Positions 19,068 through 29,568 of a stretch of 64,000 nt of DNA are shown piece after piece. The notes beneath the pieces are model-generated. The model was not told the origin of the DNA. It saw only the letters and a list, made by a program, of their open reading frames with translations, and did no database searches. How positions within the stretch are numbered: position 1 is the first letter of the stretch; every line of letters begins with the position of its first letter. A program made the translations under genes and the position numbers. Origin of the DNA: an uncultured virus (IMG/VR IMGVR_UViG_2875882051_000003) (Duplodnaviria; Heunggongvirae; Uroviricota; Caudoviricetes); the IMG/VR virus record IMGVR_UViG_2875882051_000003. One strand, 5' to 3'.

Positions 19068-19577
19068 ATGAATAGCAAAGCAATAAACAAGAATGACACG
19101 ATTTACAGAAAGGCAAGAAAAAGAGCATCAGAGTTCAATGAAAAATTTAAAAGCATTGAGGGTGCTAGTGAAGCTATAGGAGTTAGCAAAGATCAACTTT
19201 CTAACTATGAATTAGGTTTATATAAGCAATTACCAGTAGATTCAGTTGTAAGAATGGCGGATGCGTATAATGCACCAGAATTAATGAATTATTATTGCTG
19301 CAATGAATGTGTGATAGGGAAACTTACGATGTCACCAGTTGAGATTTGTAGTATTGAAAGGCTAACTATTCAGATACTAGCAGTTTTAAATCGTACAAGC
19401 ATAAACAAAATAAAAGAATCACTAATTGATATAACTGCAGATGGAAAGATTACAAAAGATGAGCTTCCAAGGTTGCAAGAAATAATAAATACATTAGATG
19501 AAATTTCAGCTAAATCACAGTCTTTAAAATTGTGGGCTGAGAAATACTTAATAAATTGTTGTAGGAGTGATGTTTGA
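19068..19577 (+). CDS. Phage XRE-type regulatory protein
   Basis: HTH, YCCNEC motif, DGKIT..E C-terminal region. Confidence 0.7.
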   Translation: MNSKAINKNDTIYRKARKRASEFNEKFKSIEGASEAIGVSKDQLSNYELGLYKQLPVDSVVRMADAYNAPELMNYYCCNECVIGKLTMSPVEICSIERLTIQILAVLNRTSINKIKESLIDITADGKITKDELPRLQEIINTLDEISAKSQSLKLWAEKYLINCCRSDV

Positions 19578-19735
19578 TGAAAGCAATTTGGCATTTTAAT
19601 AATGAAGAACATGAGAAAGAAATTAAGGGGAAATTATTGGACATGCTTGTTGAGGATGCAATAAATATTTATCCTATCGAGCAAATTGATGCAATGATCA
19701 GATTTGGAAAGGAAGGAAAATTAAATTTAAAGTGA
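19577..19735 (+). CDS. 52 aa hypothetical protein (not in track)
   Basis: TGATG coupling and RBS AGGAG; MKAIWHFNNEEHEKEIK... Confidence 0.6.
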   Translation: MKAIWHFNNEEHEKEIKGKLLDMLVEDAINIYPIEQIDAMIRFGKEGKLNLK

Positions 19736-19749
19736 TGGGGAGTGAAAGA

Positions 19750-20091
19750 ATGTTTTATTTATTCTTAGATGTACTAAGATCACAAACTACAAAAGAAGAA
19801 TTTACTGAAATAGTTACTATGACAGATGATGATATTAAGTTTAATAGAGTTCATTTTGGAAAGACAACTAACTTAAAACAATATATTAGAATTTGTACTT
19901 CATGTACTAAGGCGTTTTCAAGAACAGCAACAAAGAGTATGAAGGAAATCTTAGATTCACTAGATAGAATAGTTGACGCAACTTTTGAAAGAAGTGATAA
20001 AGGAACATATAAATCATTGGGAGAGATATTATCAGAAGAAGTTAAAAAGGCAAGAAATCAGGAGGGGAATTATGCAAAGCATATTAATTAA
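19750..20091 (+). CDS. Hypothetical phage protein
   Basis: ORF with RBS GGGGAG before ATG 19750. Confidence 0.6.
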   Translation: MFYLFLDVLRSQTTKEEFTEIVTMTDDDIKFNRVHFGKTTNLKQYIRICTSCTKAFSRTATKSMKEILDSLDRIVDATFERSDKGTYKSLGEILSEEVKKARNQEGNYAKHIN

Positions 20092-22063
20092 AAAGCTAAT
20101 AATTAGGAACTTTAAAGGCATAAAAGCGTTGGAAGTTGATTTTGGAAATGTAACTAATATTTTAGGAGGAAATGCAACAGGAAAGACAACAATATTTGAT
20201 AGCTTTTGTTGGTTGTTATTTGGAAAGGATAGTAAAGATAGAAAAGACTTTGAGATAAAAACATTAGATTCTAATGGACAAGCAATACATGGATTAGAAC
20301 ATAGTGTGACTGGAATCTTAGAAGTAAATGGAGAAGAAATAGAACTTCAAAGAATACTAATGGAAAAATGGACAAAGAAAAAAGGACTTGCAGATAAAGT
20401 TTTCTCAGGTCACGAAACAACCTACTATATCAATCAAGTCCCTGCCAAACAAAAAGAATATAACGAAAAGGTAGATTATATCTTGCCGGATACAACCTTT
20501 AAGTTAATTTCTAATCCACTTTATTTTAACAGCATAGAGTGGAAAAAGCAAAGGGAAATATTATTAGAAATCATTGGAGATATCGAGCAAAGTAACGTAA
20601 TTAACTACAAAAAAGAATTAAAACCATTAAAGCAGTTATTATCAAATAATACACCGCTTGAGGACTTCAGGAAGAAAGTAAAAGCTCAAATATCTAAATA
20701 TAACAAGGATAAAGAATCAATTCCTTTTAGAATTGATGAATGTAATAACTCAATAGTAGAAGATGATTTTAAAATTTTAGAATCTAGAAGAACAACAATT
20801 CAAGGAGGAATAAATGCTTTAGCTAAACAAATAGCAGCAGGTGATAATAGCTCTGAAAGAATGAAATTAGAAAAGGAATTAGGGGACTTGAAGCTTGAAT
20901 ATAGCACTAAGTATACAAAGGCTAAAGAAAGCGTAAATGAACCACTAGATGAATTAAATATAAAGATATCAGATAAAAAGTATGAAATAAGTGATCTGGA
21001 ACATAAAATTCAAATTTTAAATAGAGATAAGGCAGATGTTGAGGAAGCAATAAAAAATTCTGATTCAGCTATTATAAAACATAAAGAGAAACAGCAGTTA
21101 TTAAGAGAAGAGTGGAAACAGGAGTTTAGCACAATATTTGAATTTGATGAAGATGAGAAGTTTTGTCCAACTTGCCATAGAGAATATGAAAGTGAACAGA
21201 TAGAAGATATTAGAGATAATGCAGAGAGATACTTTGATGAGGTAAAGACAAAAAAGCTTAATTCAATAAACAAACAAGGTAAAGAGCTCGGAGAAAAGAT
21301 AAAAGAACTTGAAGCTTTAATTGAAGATAATAATTTAAAAATAGCAAATTATACAGAAAAGCTAGATGAATATAGCTTAAAGATAACTCAACTTAAAACT
21401 GAGCTGGAACAGCTAGAGATCCAGAAACAAAGTCTAAATACTCATAAGACAATAACATTTGAAGGTGAACAAGAATTGGTCCAAGCCATAAATGAATTAA
21501 AAAGTAGGATTGAAGAATTTAAATTAACTGATACTACAGAACTTACAAACAGAAAATTAAACCTAGAAAAAGAACTGGAGAATATCAATAAAAGGCTTGG
21601 ACAGATAGAGATTAATGAAACTCTTAGGAATAGAATTCAAGAGCTCCAGGAGGAAGAAAGAAATATAGCAAATGAAATTGCAAAACTAGAAGGATATGAC
21701 TTCCTATGTGAAGAGTTCATAAGAACAAAGGTTGAACTACTGGAGGAGAGAATAAATTCTAAATTTAAAACAGTAAGATTTAAATTATTTGAACAACAAA
21801 TAAATGGAGGACTCAATGAATGCTGTGAAGCTTTAATCGATGGAGTACCATTTTCAAATGCAAATACAGCAAGTCAGATAAATGCAGGAATAGAGATTAT
21901 AAATACACTATCAGAATTTTATGGAGTAACTGCTCCAATATTTATTGACAATAGAGAAAGTGTTAATGAGATAGTTCCAACAGAGAGCCAATTAATTAAC
22001 TTAACAGTAAGCAAAGATAAGAAATTAAAAATAGAGAGTGAGAAAGAGCAGGAAGTTGCTTAA
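20072..22063 (+). CDS. SbcC/Rad50-like SMC ATPase
   Basis: Walker A GNATGKTT, coiled coil with CPTC hook, IFIDNRE Walker B. Confidence 0.85.
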   Translation: MQSILIKKLIIRNFKGIKALEVDFGNVTNILGGNATGKTTIFDSFCWLLFGKDSKDRKDFEIKTLDSNGQAIHGLEHSVTGILEVNGEEIELQRILMEKWTKKKGLADKVFSGHETTYYINQVPAKQKEYNEKVDYILPDTTFKLISNPLYFNSIEWKKQREILLEIIGDIEQSNVINYKKELKPLKQLLSNNTPLEDFRKKVKAQISKYNKDKESIPFRIDECNNSIVEDDFKILESRRTTIQGGINALAKQIAAGDNSSERMKLEKELGDLKLEYSTKYTKAKESVNEPLDELNIKISDKKYEISDLEHKIQILNRDKADVEEAIKNSDSAIIKHKEKQQLLREEWKQEFSTIFEFDEDEKFCPTCHREYESEQIEDIRDNAERYFDEVKTKKLNSINKQGKELGEKIKELEALIEDNNLKIANYTEKLDEYSLKITQLKTELEQLEIQKQSLNTHKTITFEGEQELVQAINELKSRIEEFKLTDTTELTNRKLNLEKELENINKRLGQIEINETLRNRIQELQEEERNIANEIAKLEGYDFLCEEFIRTKVELLEERINSKFKTVRFKLFEQQINGGLNECCEALIDGVPFSNANTASQINAGIEIINTLSEFYGVTAPIFIDNRESVNEIVPTESQLINLTVSKDKKLKIESEKEQEVA

Positions 22064-22116
22064 TGAACTCGATTGGATAATTAAAAATCTTTATTAAATA
22101 TGGAGCGTGAATAAAA

Positions 22117-22533
22117 ATGAATGATAGATTATTAGCAATATTAGATTATTTATCTGACTTTAATACAGAAAAGTCTAAGTGTATGACCACACCTGAGGAA
22201 AGAAAAAAGCAGAAAGAAAAAGCTGCAGAGATTTACAAGATTCTAGTGAATGAAATAGTAGATTTGTTCGTAGATTCAAGAGTTATAGAGGAAACTACAA
22301 AAGCCAATGAGGATAACAAAATTAAGGAAAATAACTTTGAAGAATTTTTCAAAGTATTTTCTGAGAATTCAGATACAAAAGTGACAGTTGTACATAAGCT
22401 CATAGAACCTAGATGGGCGCTTCAAGAAGGTACTATGCGTGATGTTATGTATGCACTAGGGTATAACCTTGATCACCAAGAGATAAATAAAGTATTGAAA
22501 GAAGCAAGATTTTATATAAAGGAGGAAAAGTAG
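22117..22533 (+). CDS. Hypothetical phage protein
   Basis: 138 aa ORF within the early operon. Confidence 0.65.
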   Translation: MNDRLLAILDYLSDFNTEKSKCMTTPEERKKQKEKAAEIYKILVNEIVDLFVDSRVIEETTKANEDNKIKENNFEEFFKVFSENSDTKVTVVHKLIEPRWALQEGTMRDVMYALGYNLDHQEINKVLKEARFYIKEEK

Positions 22534-23454
22534 ATGGCTGAAACAGGATTGGTTTTGAGTAAAGAGGATGCATTTAATAATGTTATGGCTAAGATAGCAG
22601 CACTAGAAAAAAATAATGGTATTAAGTTACCTAAGAATTATTCAGCAGAAAATGCAATTAATTCAGCTTGGTTGATGCTTCAGGAAGTAGTAGATAAAGA
22701 GAAAAAGCCGGCACTTGAAGTATGTACAAAAACTTCGATAGTTGAAGCTTTATACAACATGGTATTGCAAGGATTAAGCCCTTCCAAAAGACAATGTTAT
22801 TTTATAGTACACGGAAGCAAATTAACTCTTATGAAAAGCTATATGGGAAGTATTGTTGCAACAAAAAGATTAAGTGGAATAAAAGATGTAAAAGCCTTTG
22901 TGATATATGAAGGTGATGTATTTGAAACAGTATTCAATAATGAAACATATACCATTGAATTTAACTATAATCCAAAGTTTGAAAATATAAATTCAAATAA
23001 GATAAAAGGTGCATTTGCATTAATAATAGGTGATGATAATAAGTTACTTCATACTGAGATAATGACAATAGATCAAATAAGAAAGTCATGGGGTATGGGT
23101 ATAGCTTATAAAAGCGGAAAATCAAATACACATAGTGACTTTGGAGAAGAGATGGCGAAGAAGAGCGTTATAAATAGGGCTTGCAAGAGGTTCTATAATA
23201 CCTCAGATGATAGTGATGTATTAATAGACAGTTTAAACAATACAGACGAAGATTATGATGAAGCAGATATTATTGAAAATACTAAAGAGCAGGTACATGA
23301 AGAAATTAAAGCTAATGCAAACCAAGAAGTAATAGATGTAGATCCAAAGCAAGTAACAGAGATTGATAACAACAATAATGAAAATCCAATTCAAAAAGAT
23401 TTAAATAATAAGAAAACTGAAAAAGCAGAACAGCAAATGATGTGTGAATTTTAA
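22534..23454 (+). CDS. recT: RecT-family single-strand annealing recombinase
   Basis: GLSP..QCYFI, SYMG, EMAKKSVINRACK motifs. Confidence 0.85.
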   Translation: MAETGLVLSKEDAFNNVMAKIAALEKNNGIKLPKNYSAENAINSAWLMLQEVVDKEKKPALEVCTKTSIVEALYNMVLQGLSPSKRQCYFIVHGSKLTLMKSYMGSIVATKRLSGIKDVKAFVIYEGDVFETVFNNETYTIEFNYNPKFENINSNKIKGAFALIIGDDNKLLHTEIMTIDQIRKSWGMGIAYKSGKSNTHSDFGEEMAKKSVINRACKRFYNTSDDSDVLIDSLNNTDEDYDEADIIENTKEQVHEEIKANANQEVIDVDPKQVTEIDNNNNENPIQKDLNNKKTEKAEQQMMCEF

Positions 23455-24161
23455 TGATTAAGGTATTAGCATCAGGAAGCACAGGAAACTCTTATATCAT
23501 TCAGGCAGAAGAAGAAATTCTTTTGCTTGAATGCGGAATAAATTTCAAAGAAATTAAACAAGGATTGGATTTTGATTTAAGTAAAGTAAAAGGTTGCTTG
23601 ATTACACATGAGCATAAAGATCACTCAAAAGCTATAAAGGATGTGCTGGCTGCTGGAATAGATATTTATATGAGTAAAGGTACAGCAGCAGGTATTAACT
23701 TAGAGGATGAGAGATATAGCTATAGGTTCAATTATTTAAGGCATAAAATACCTAAACATATAGGAGGTTTTACTATAATTCCATTTAGTGTAGAGCATGA
23801 TGTAAATGAGCCGCTAGGATTTTTAATATATCATCCTAAAATAGGTAAGATTGTTTTTGCAACAGACACGTATTATTTAAAACCAGTATTTAAGAATGTA
23901 AATCATATTTTAATAGAATGTAATTATTCAGAAGATATATTGCCTCAATTGCCTGCGTGGAGGGCTAGAACTATTAAAAGCCATATGAGCTTGGAGACGT
24001 TGAAAGAAACGCTAAAATCGTGGGAATTAGGCAATACAAAAGATATAACACTAATTCATATAAGCAATGATAATGGAGATCCTGAAAGGTTTAAAGAAGA
24101 AATAGAGAACCTTATAGGCATTAAAACATATATAGCGGAACCGGGCTTAATAATTAATTAA
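23454..24161 (+). CDS. Metallo-beta-lactamase-fold hydrolase (phage nuclease-like)
   Basis: LASGSTGN, THEHKDH, ECNY, SHMS motifs. Confidence 0.85.
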   Translation: MIKVLASGSTGNSYIIQAEEEILLLECGINFKEIKQGLDFDLSKVKGCLITHEHKDHSKAIKDVLAAGIDIYMSKGTAAGINLEDERYSYRFNYLRHKIPKHIGGFTIIPFSVEHDVNEPLGFLIYHPKIGKIVFATDTYYLKPVFKNVNHILIECNYSEDILPQLPAWRARTIKSHMSLETLKETLKSWELGNTKDITLIHISNDNGDPERFKEEIENLIGIKTYIAEPGLIIN

Positions 24162-24188
24162 AAGGAATAAATAAAGGCGGGTGGGCTT

Positions 24189-25049
24189 ATGGCAAGACCA
24201 GTAAAAGAAGGCTTATCTTACTTTCCTTTTGATGTAGATTTTTTCTCAGATAGAAAAATTAAAATATTAAAATCAAGATACGGAGCAGATGGGATTACAT
24301 TATATATGTATCTCTTATGCGAAGTATATAAAAGTAACGGATACTATTTAGAAACTGATGATGATTTTTTATATATCATATCAGACGATCTTAACATGAG
24401 TTATGAGAAGATTAGGCAGATTATGAACTTCTTACTTGAACGGTCACTGTTTGACGATACACTTTTCAAGTCGGACAAGGTCTTAACCTCCATCGGAATA
24501 CAACGCAGATTTCAAGAAGCTATTAAATCTAGAGCTTCTAAAAGGACTGTGGAAATCACAAAGTTTTGGCTTTTAGAAAAAAATGAGACTCAAAGCTTTA
24601 TTAAAGTGAACCTAAATCCAAATAAATCTGAGAATAACTCGAATAAATCCGAGAATAACTCAAGTAAATCTGAGATTAATGACACAAAGAAAAGTAAAGT
24701 AAATAAAAATAAAGTAAAAGAAAGTAAAGTAGATAATAATATATTCTTCGTTTATGAGAATTGTGGTTTTGGTACGATTAATAATTTTACAAAAGAACAA
24801 CTAGAAGTATTGGTAAATGATTTTAGTTTTGAGTGGACTAAAGAAGCTCTTGAAATAGCAACTACTAATGGAGCTAGAAATTTAAAATATGTTCAACGTG
24901 TTTTAGAGAACTGGAGAGATAAAGGAAAAAACTATATTCCTACTTACAGTAAAGATAACGTCAAGGTTTTAAAGTTTAACAACTTTGAGCCTAGGGAATA
25001 TGACTATGACAAATTAGAGAAAAGGTTATTGGGGTGGGATGATGATTGA
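24189..25049 (+). CDS. Replication initiator (DUF4373-like N-terminus, DnaD-like C-terminus)
   Basis: YFPFDVDFF.D.KI, LTS.GIQRRF, KYV..VL.NW motifs. Confidence 0.85.
   Translation: MARPVKEGLSYFPFDVDFFSDRKIKILKSRYGADGITLYMYLLCEVYKSNGYYLETDDDFLYIISDDLNMSYEKIRQIMNFLLERSLFDDTLFKSDKVLTSIGIQRRFQEAIKSRASKRTVEITKFWLLEKNETQSFIKVNLNPNKSENNSNKSENNSSKSEINDTKKSKVNKNKVKESKVDNNIFFVYENCGFGTINNFTKEQLEVLVNDFSFEWTKEALEIATTNGARNLKYVQRVLENWRDKGKNYIPTYSKDNVKVLKFNNFEPREYDYDKLEKRLLGWDDD
24621..24683 (+). repeat. Three 21-bp tandem repeats, putative origin iterons
   Basis: AATAAATCTGAGAATAACTCG / AATAAATCCGAGAATAACTCA / AGTAAATCTGAGATTAATGAC, followed by an A-rich tract. Confidence 0.7.
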
Positions 25050-25809
25050 TAAAAATAATATTATTCCAGGTCAAGTAAGTATATTCGATCTAGAATTCGT
25101 AAAGCAAAAAGAACCTAGGGAAAAGTTAAAGCCAGTATCTATAACTAAATCTAAGGGAAATGAAAATAAGCTTGCTGAGATTATTAACTTATACAGTTCT
25201 GCTGCAGCAAGAATAGTTAAACAAGTATGTGGAGCCTTGCTAGTAGAACTTGAGGATAAGACATTATATTTTAATCCAGATGGAGTACAGGAACTAGAGC
25301 TGAAGAAAGATATGGAGTTAATGCCGGCAGATGAAATTTTAGTTGTAAATCAGGATAGAGAGCTTAATAGTCTACAGCTTAAAAAGTTAGAGGACATGCA
25401 TGTAAATCAATATATTAAGCGTAAAGGTGATGCCAACATAATAATAACATTTCCTGGGAAAACAATTATTATAAATCAACGTGGTTGGGTATTGGAATAC
25501 CAGCAGAAACCTAGATATCACAATGATGAACTATTTATCACAGAAATGGCTAAGAAAAGCACGGATTTGGCTAACAATGTTACGGAAATAGATAAAAATA
25601 TTACAAAAAGTGTGAACGAAGATACTGAATTTAAGAACGATGGAAATGAATCAGGAGATCTACAGGTTGGTGATAAGGTTAAATTTAATTACGATGGTCC
25701 TCAGGTAGGAAATATAACTAGCATTTACAACAATGGAGAAACGGTAAATGTAGTTTGGAACCACAAACATACGGCTTTTTATTACAAGTGTGTTAAGAAA
25801 ATATCTTAG
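25039..25809 (+). CDS. Hypothetical phage protein
   Basis: 256 aa ORF overlapping the initiator stop. Confidence 0.7.
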   Translation: MMIDKNNIIPGQVSIFDLEFVKQKEPREKLKPVSITKSKGNENKLAEIINLYSSAAARIVKQVCGALLVELEDKTLYFNPDGVQELELKKDMELMPADEILVVNQDRELNSLQLKKLEDMHVNQYIKRKGDANIIITFPGKTIIINQRGWVLEYQQKPRYHNDELFITEMAKKSTDLANNVTEIDKNITKSVNEDTEFKNDGNESGDLQVGDKVKFNYDGPQVGNITSIYNNGETVNVVWNHKHTAFYYKCVKKIS

Positions 25810-25829
25810 AAATGGGAGTGTGATATATT

Positions 25830-25967
25830 ATGACACCAAAAGAATGGAGAGACAAGACAGTAAGGGATATTGAGTTAAAAAGAAAAAAGAAATTAGAAGG
25901 ACAAAAACAAGCTAAAAACTTTAGTTTTGAAAGTATGATGAGAGTCCAAAGGAGGTTGAATAAATAA
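25830..25967 (+). CDS. 45 aa basic hypothetical protein (not in track)
   Basis: RBS GGGAG; TAATG coupling to the next gene. Confidence 0.5.
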   Translation: MTPKEWRDKTVRDIELKRKKKLEGQKQAKNFSFESMMRVQRRLNK

Positions 25968-26179
25968 TGAATAACGCATTAGAAATGCATAAGATTTTTG
26001 AGAAGTATTATGAATTATCAAGTATTGAGTGGAGAAAAACGATTGTTGGATATGAGCCACTTGATAAAAGTATAGAGCTTCCTAATGGAGCGGATAGGAA
26101 AACTGCTATTAAAATTTCTTTTAAGAATAAAGATTGGATAAGAGTTTATAGGATTGGAAATAAAGTTGAGTGGTACTAA
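25967..26179 (+). CDS. Hypothetical phage protein
   Basis: 70 aa ORF with RBS AGGAGG. Confidence 0.65.
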   Translation: MNNALEMHKIFEKYYELSSIEWRKTIVGYEPLDKSIELPNGADRKTAIKISFKNKDWIRVYRIGNKVEWY

Positions 26180-26194
26180 GCAAAGGAGAATTTT

Positions 26195-26623
26195 ATGGCT
26201 ATTACAAAGTATAAATCAAGGAAAGTAACAGTGGATGGATATACATTTGACTCAATAGATGAGAGTAAATATTATCAGGCATTACTAATGAGAAGAGCTA
26301 AAGATGAGATTCTAAATTTTGAGATGCAACCTAAGTTTGTATTGATACCTGGTTTTAAGAAACAAGGAAAGACTTTTAAGGCTATGACTTATACACCAGA
26401 TTTTTTAATATACCACATCGATGGATCAGAAGAGTTAATAGATATTAAGGGATTTTCAACGCAGCAAGGAGAACTAAGGTACAAGCTATTTAATTATTTC
26501 TATAAAGACAAGAAATTAACCTGGCTAGCAAGAAATCTAAAGCACGGTGATAAATATGGATTCATTGATTACTTTGAATTAAAAAAGATTAGAGCAAAAA
26601 ATAAGAAATCTAAGGAGGCTTAG
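26195..26623 (+). CDS. DUF1064 PD-(D/E)XK nuclease-like protein
   Basis: KY..RK..VDG..FDS..E, QPKF.L, YTPDF, DIKG motifs. Confidence 0.8.
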   Translation: MAITKYKSRKVTVDGYTFDSIDESKYYQALLMRRAKDEILNFEMQPKFVLIPGFKKQGKTFKAMTYTPDFLIYHIDGSEELIDIKGFSTQQGELRYKLFNYFYKDKKLTWLARNLKHGDKYGFIDYFELKKIRAKNKKSKEA

Positions 26624-26626
26624 AAA

Positions 26627-27271
26627 ATGTTTAAAATATCGATAATTGATCAAGAGTCAGGAGAATTAGTAGAAGATATTAATGCATCAGAATATAACGT
26701 TCAATGGACACATCACGAGGATGCAGGTAGAATACATCATTCAATAGCATTAAACAACGCAAAGTATGGAGAGAAATGCTGGATAAAGAATTATGCTTAT
26801 GCACCCATAGCAAGACGGTTGGTTTCTAAATTTGAAGAGTTAGAAGGAGTAATAGTTGATGAAATACTTTTCATTGAAGATATGGAATGGGAACCAGGAG
26901 GAGCTAAATATAACTGGAAAGCAAGGATTAAAAGAGCAAATAAAGATCTTACTGAATACTTGGGATATAAGTATATTATAGAGACCAGAAACTACTATAC
27001 ATCTCATATGGATATAGAAAGATTGATACTCTTAATTTATCATGAGTTACTTCATATCGATATTTCAGATGATAGTATAAGAAAACATAACATTGAAGAT
27101 TGGAGCAATATAGTTGCAACTTTTGGTAAAGAGTGGTCTGATACAAAATCAACATTAAAAAACATATTGGACGATGATTTTGAAGAATGGGAGAAGTTAT
27201 TAAGAACTGAGAAACAAATTAGCTTATTTGATAACTTGGGAGTAATTGATTTTAAGTCCATAGCAAGATAG
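26627..27271 (+). CDS. Putative phage metallopeptidase
   Basis: YHELLHI..H.IED motif. Confidence 0.7.
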   Translation: MFKISIIDQESGELVEDINASEYNVQWTHHEDAGRIHHSIALNNAKYGEKCWIKNYAYAPIARRLVSKFEELEGVIVDEILFIEDMEWEPGGAKYNWKARIKRANKDLTEYLGYKYIIETRNYYTSHMDIERLILLIYHELLHIDISDDSIRKHNIEDWSNIVATFGKEWSDTKSTLKNILDDDFEEWEKLLRTEKQISLFDNLGVIDFKSIAR

Positions 27272-27347
27272 ATTTTATGAGTTGATTGTATAGTTATCTA
27301 AATAGCTGTACAAGTCAACTCAGTATGACATAGAAAGGAGAAATAAT

Positions 27348-27515
27348 ATGGGGAATTATGAAGCTATAGCTTATGCGGTAATGGCACTTGATGAGCTAAT
27401 TAAAAAAGGTAACGATATAACTACACAAAAACTTAAGGATAGAATGCTCTATCTTATGGATATGAATTCGGAGTCAGGGATTTATAAGAAGGCACAGGAA
27501 AAAGGATTAATATAG
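27348..27515 (+). CDS. 55 aa hypothetical protein (not in track)
   Basis: RBS AAAGGAG; MGNYEAIAYAVMALDEL... Confidence 0.6.
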   Translation: MGNYEAIAYAVMALDELIKKGNDITTQKLKDRMLYLMDMNSESGIYKKAQEKGLI

Positions 27516-27628
27516 GATTTGCAAATACTTAGAGATAAATAAAAAAGAGAGCTTTCGCTCCCACAACCTACACTCATTATATTAGATTTTGAAGATAATA
27601 TCAATAATATTCAAGGAGGGCGAAAGCT

Positions 27629-28216
27629 ATGGGTAAAGTAAATAACAGTTTGAAAAAGGAGAAAAATACTCCTATGAATGTAAATAAGACTATTGAGAAA
27701 ACTGCGATGGAAACAGCTAAAGCTATAGTTGCAGAATTAAGAGTTCAAAATATGATTAAGAAAGAATTAAGTTATTATAAGAAAGTTGAATTATTATTAT
27801 ACAATTATGAAAATTTAAAGGATGCAATAAAACAAAAGGATGAGGAAATTAGACATATAGAAAGATATGGATTACCACAAGCAAGTGGATCTATTGTGGT
27901 TTATCAAACTTCAGGAGGAGGAATAAGTCCAGAAGACAGGTATCTACAATTGATAGACAAGTATAAAGTTGAGAAGATAGAAACTCAAAGAGATTTGACA
28001 AGGATAGAAAATGCTTTGGATAAGATTAGAGAAGATAAATACTTTGATATTATACAATTTAAATATTTAAATCTACAAAAAGACAAGCTTGAAACAGATG
28101 AGAGGATTGCTGAGAAGTTAGATAAGGATCAGAGTACTGTGACTAGGAATAGGAAGAGATTGATGAACAAGTTGATTACTATATTGTTCCCAGAATCAAT
28201 TAGGGAATTTGCATAA
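27629..28216 (+). CDS. ArpU/RinA-like late transcription activator
   Basis: E.LLYNY, II..KY and C-terminal HTH; last gene before the packaging region. Confidence 0.75.
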   Translation: MGKVNNSLKKEKNTPMNVNKTIEKTAMETAKAIVAELRVQNMIKKELSYYKKVELLLYNYENLKDAIKQKDEEIRHIERYGLPQASGSIVVYQTSGGGISPEDRYLQLIDKYKVEKIETQRDLTRIENALDKIREDKYFDIIQFKYLNLQKDKLETDERIAEKLDKDQSTVTRNRKRLMNKLITILFPESIREFA

Positions 28217-28299
28217 TTTGACAGCATTTGATACATAAATTAAAATTAATTAATAAGAAAATTGTAGGAGGTACAAAATAAAACACAAGGAGTTTATAT

Positions 28300-29568
28300 A
28301 TGAATAAAATTAAAAGGTTAAAAATACTAATTTTTGTACTAATAATTGCAATAATTATTAGTATTTGCACTGGAAATTTTTTAAATTCTTTACCATTGGT
28401 AATTCTGGTATTAATACTATTTAGGCTATCAAAAAAAAGAATAAGTGTATTTTTTATAATCACTAGATTTGGCAAAAAAATAGAACAATCCATCAAGTTG
28501 ACTGTATTATTAAGACTGCAGATTATCGATAATTTTAATAATGGAAGAAGAAGTGATTATTTTAGACAGTTAAAAAAACAATCCGAAAAAGAAATAGAGG
28601 AATTTTTTAAAAAAACAAATTATAAGGAAATCAGAACTTTTACTAATCAATCAATGTATAGTAAACTTAAGAAACTTAAGAATAAAGGTTATATTAAAAT
28701 AGAATCGTTAGGTAAGGAAGTTAAGGAAGAACAAATTCTTGAAAAAATACTTATCTATGGACTAAAAACCTTTATAAAAAACAGAAAAAGTGAGAAGTAT
28801 TGGGATTTTATAAATCAAAAAGAAATTCTTAATAATTATAAAATAACCATACAAAATGAAGATAAATTAGAAGAATATAAATTTACTAATATAATTTTAC
28901 AGTTTGTATCTACTTTAAGTGGAATAGCACTATTAATTGTCGGTGGATTTAAATTTAGTCCGTATGGACAAGACTTAAAAGTATCAGATTATTTAAATTT
29001 TATAGGGAGTTTTGGAGGAGCTATACTTGGTGCTATGATGTCACTGTTAATTCTGGTAATAACTATAAACAATCAGAAAAAAAACATGGATGATCAACGA
29101 AGAATTGATAATAATGCAAGAAAGGAAGAAAAGGAAAGATTCGAGAAAGAATATAAAATTAAAATTATCAATGATAAATTAAATATTTATAAAGATACAT
29201 ATTACATAGTGAAAAAAATGAATATGCAATTAGTGAAGATTGGAGACAATCTAAATGAAAAATATTTAAACGACATAAGTAGTTTGCGTGATGATATATT
29301 AATTTACAGGGAGCTTGATAGTCAATTCACATTTGTAGTAAACTTGATCGATGAGCAAGCAATTTTAGATGAAATTGAAAAAGTCGAATCTATACGGATG
29401 TATTTGGTTAAGTTAGAAGCTAGCCAAGAGCATATAGCAAAGTTGCTCAATAATAATGAGAAAGATGGAATAATAGGTAAAATAAATGAACATTGCGCGT
29501 TTTTAAAGAAATATGGAAATCTTTTGATTGATAATAGTAAAAAATTAAATGAACAAAAGGCAATATAA
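28300..29568 (+). CDS. Membrane protein (moron)
   Basis: Several hydrophobic segments; FIGSFGGAILG TM followed by coiled region. Confidence 0.65.
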   Translation: MNKIKRLKILIFVLIIAIIISICTGNFLNSLPLVILVLILFRLSKKRISVFFIITRFGKKIEQSIKLTVLLRLQIIDNFNNGRRSDYFRQLKKQSEKEIEEFFKKTNYKEIRTFTNQSMYSKLKKLKNKGYIKIESLGKEVKEEQILEKILIYGLKTFIKNRKSEKYWDFINQKEILNNYKITIQNEDKLEEYKFTNIILQFVSTLSGIALLIVGGFKFSPYGQDLKVSDYLNFIGSFGGAILGAMMSLLILVITINNQKKNMDDQRRIDNNARKEEKERFEKEYKIKIINDKLNIYKDTYYIVKKMNMQLVKIGDNLNEKYLNDISSLRDDILIYRELDSQFTFVVNLIDEQAILDEIEKVESIRMYLVKLEASQEHIAKLLNNNEKDGIIGKINEHCAFLKKYGNLLIDNSKKLNEQKAI

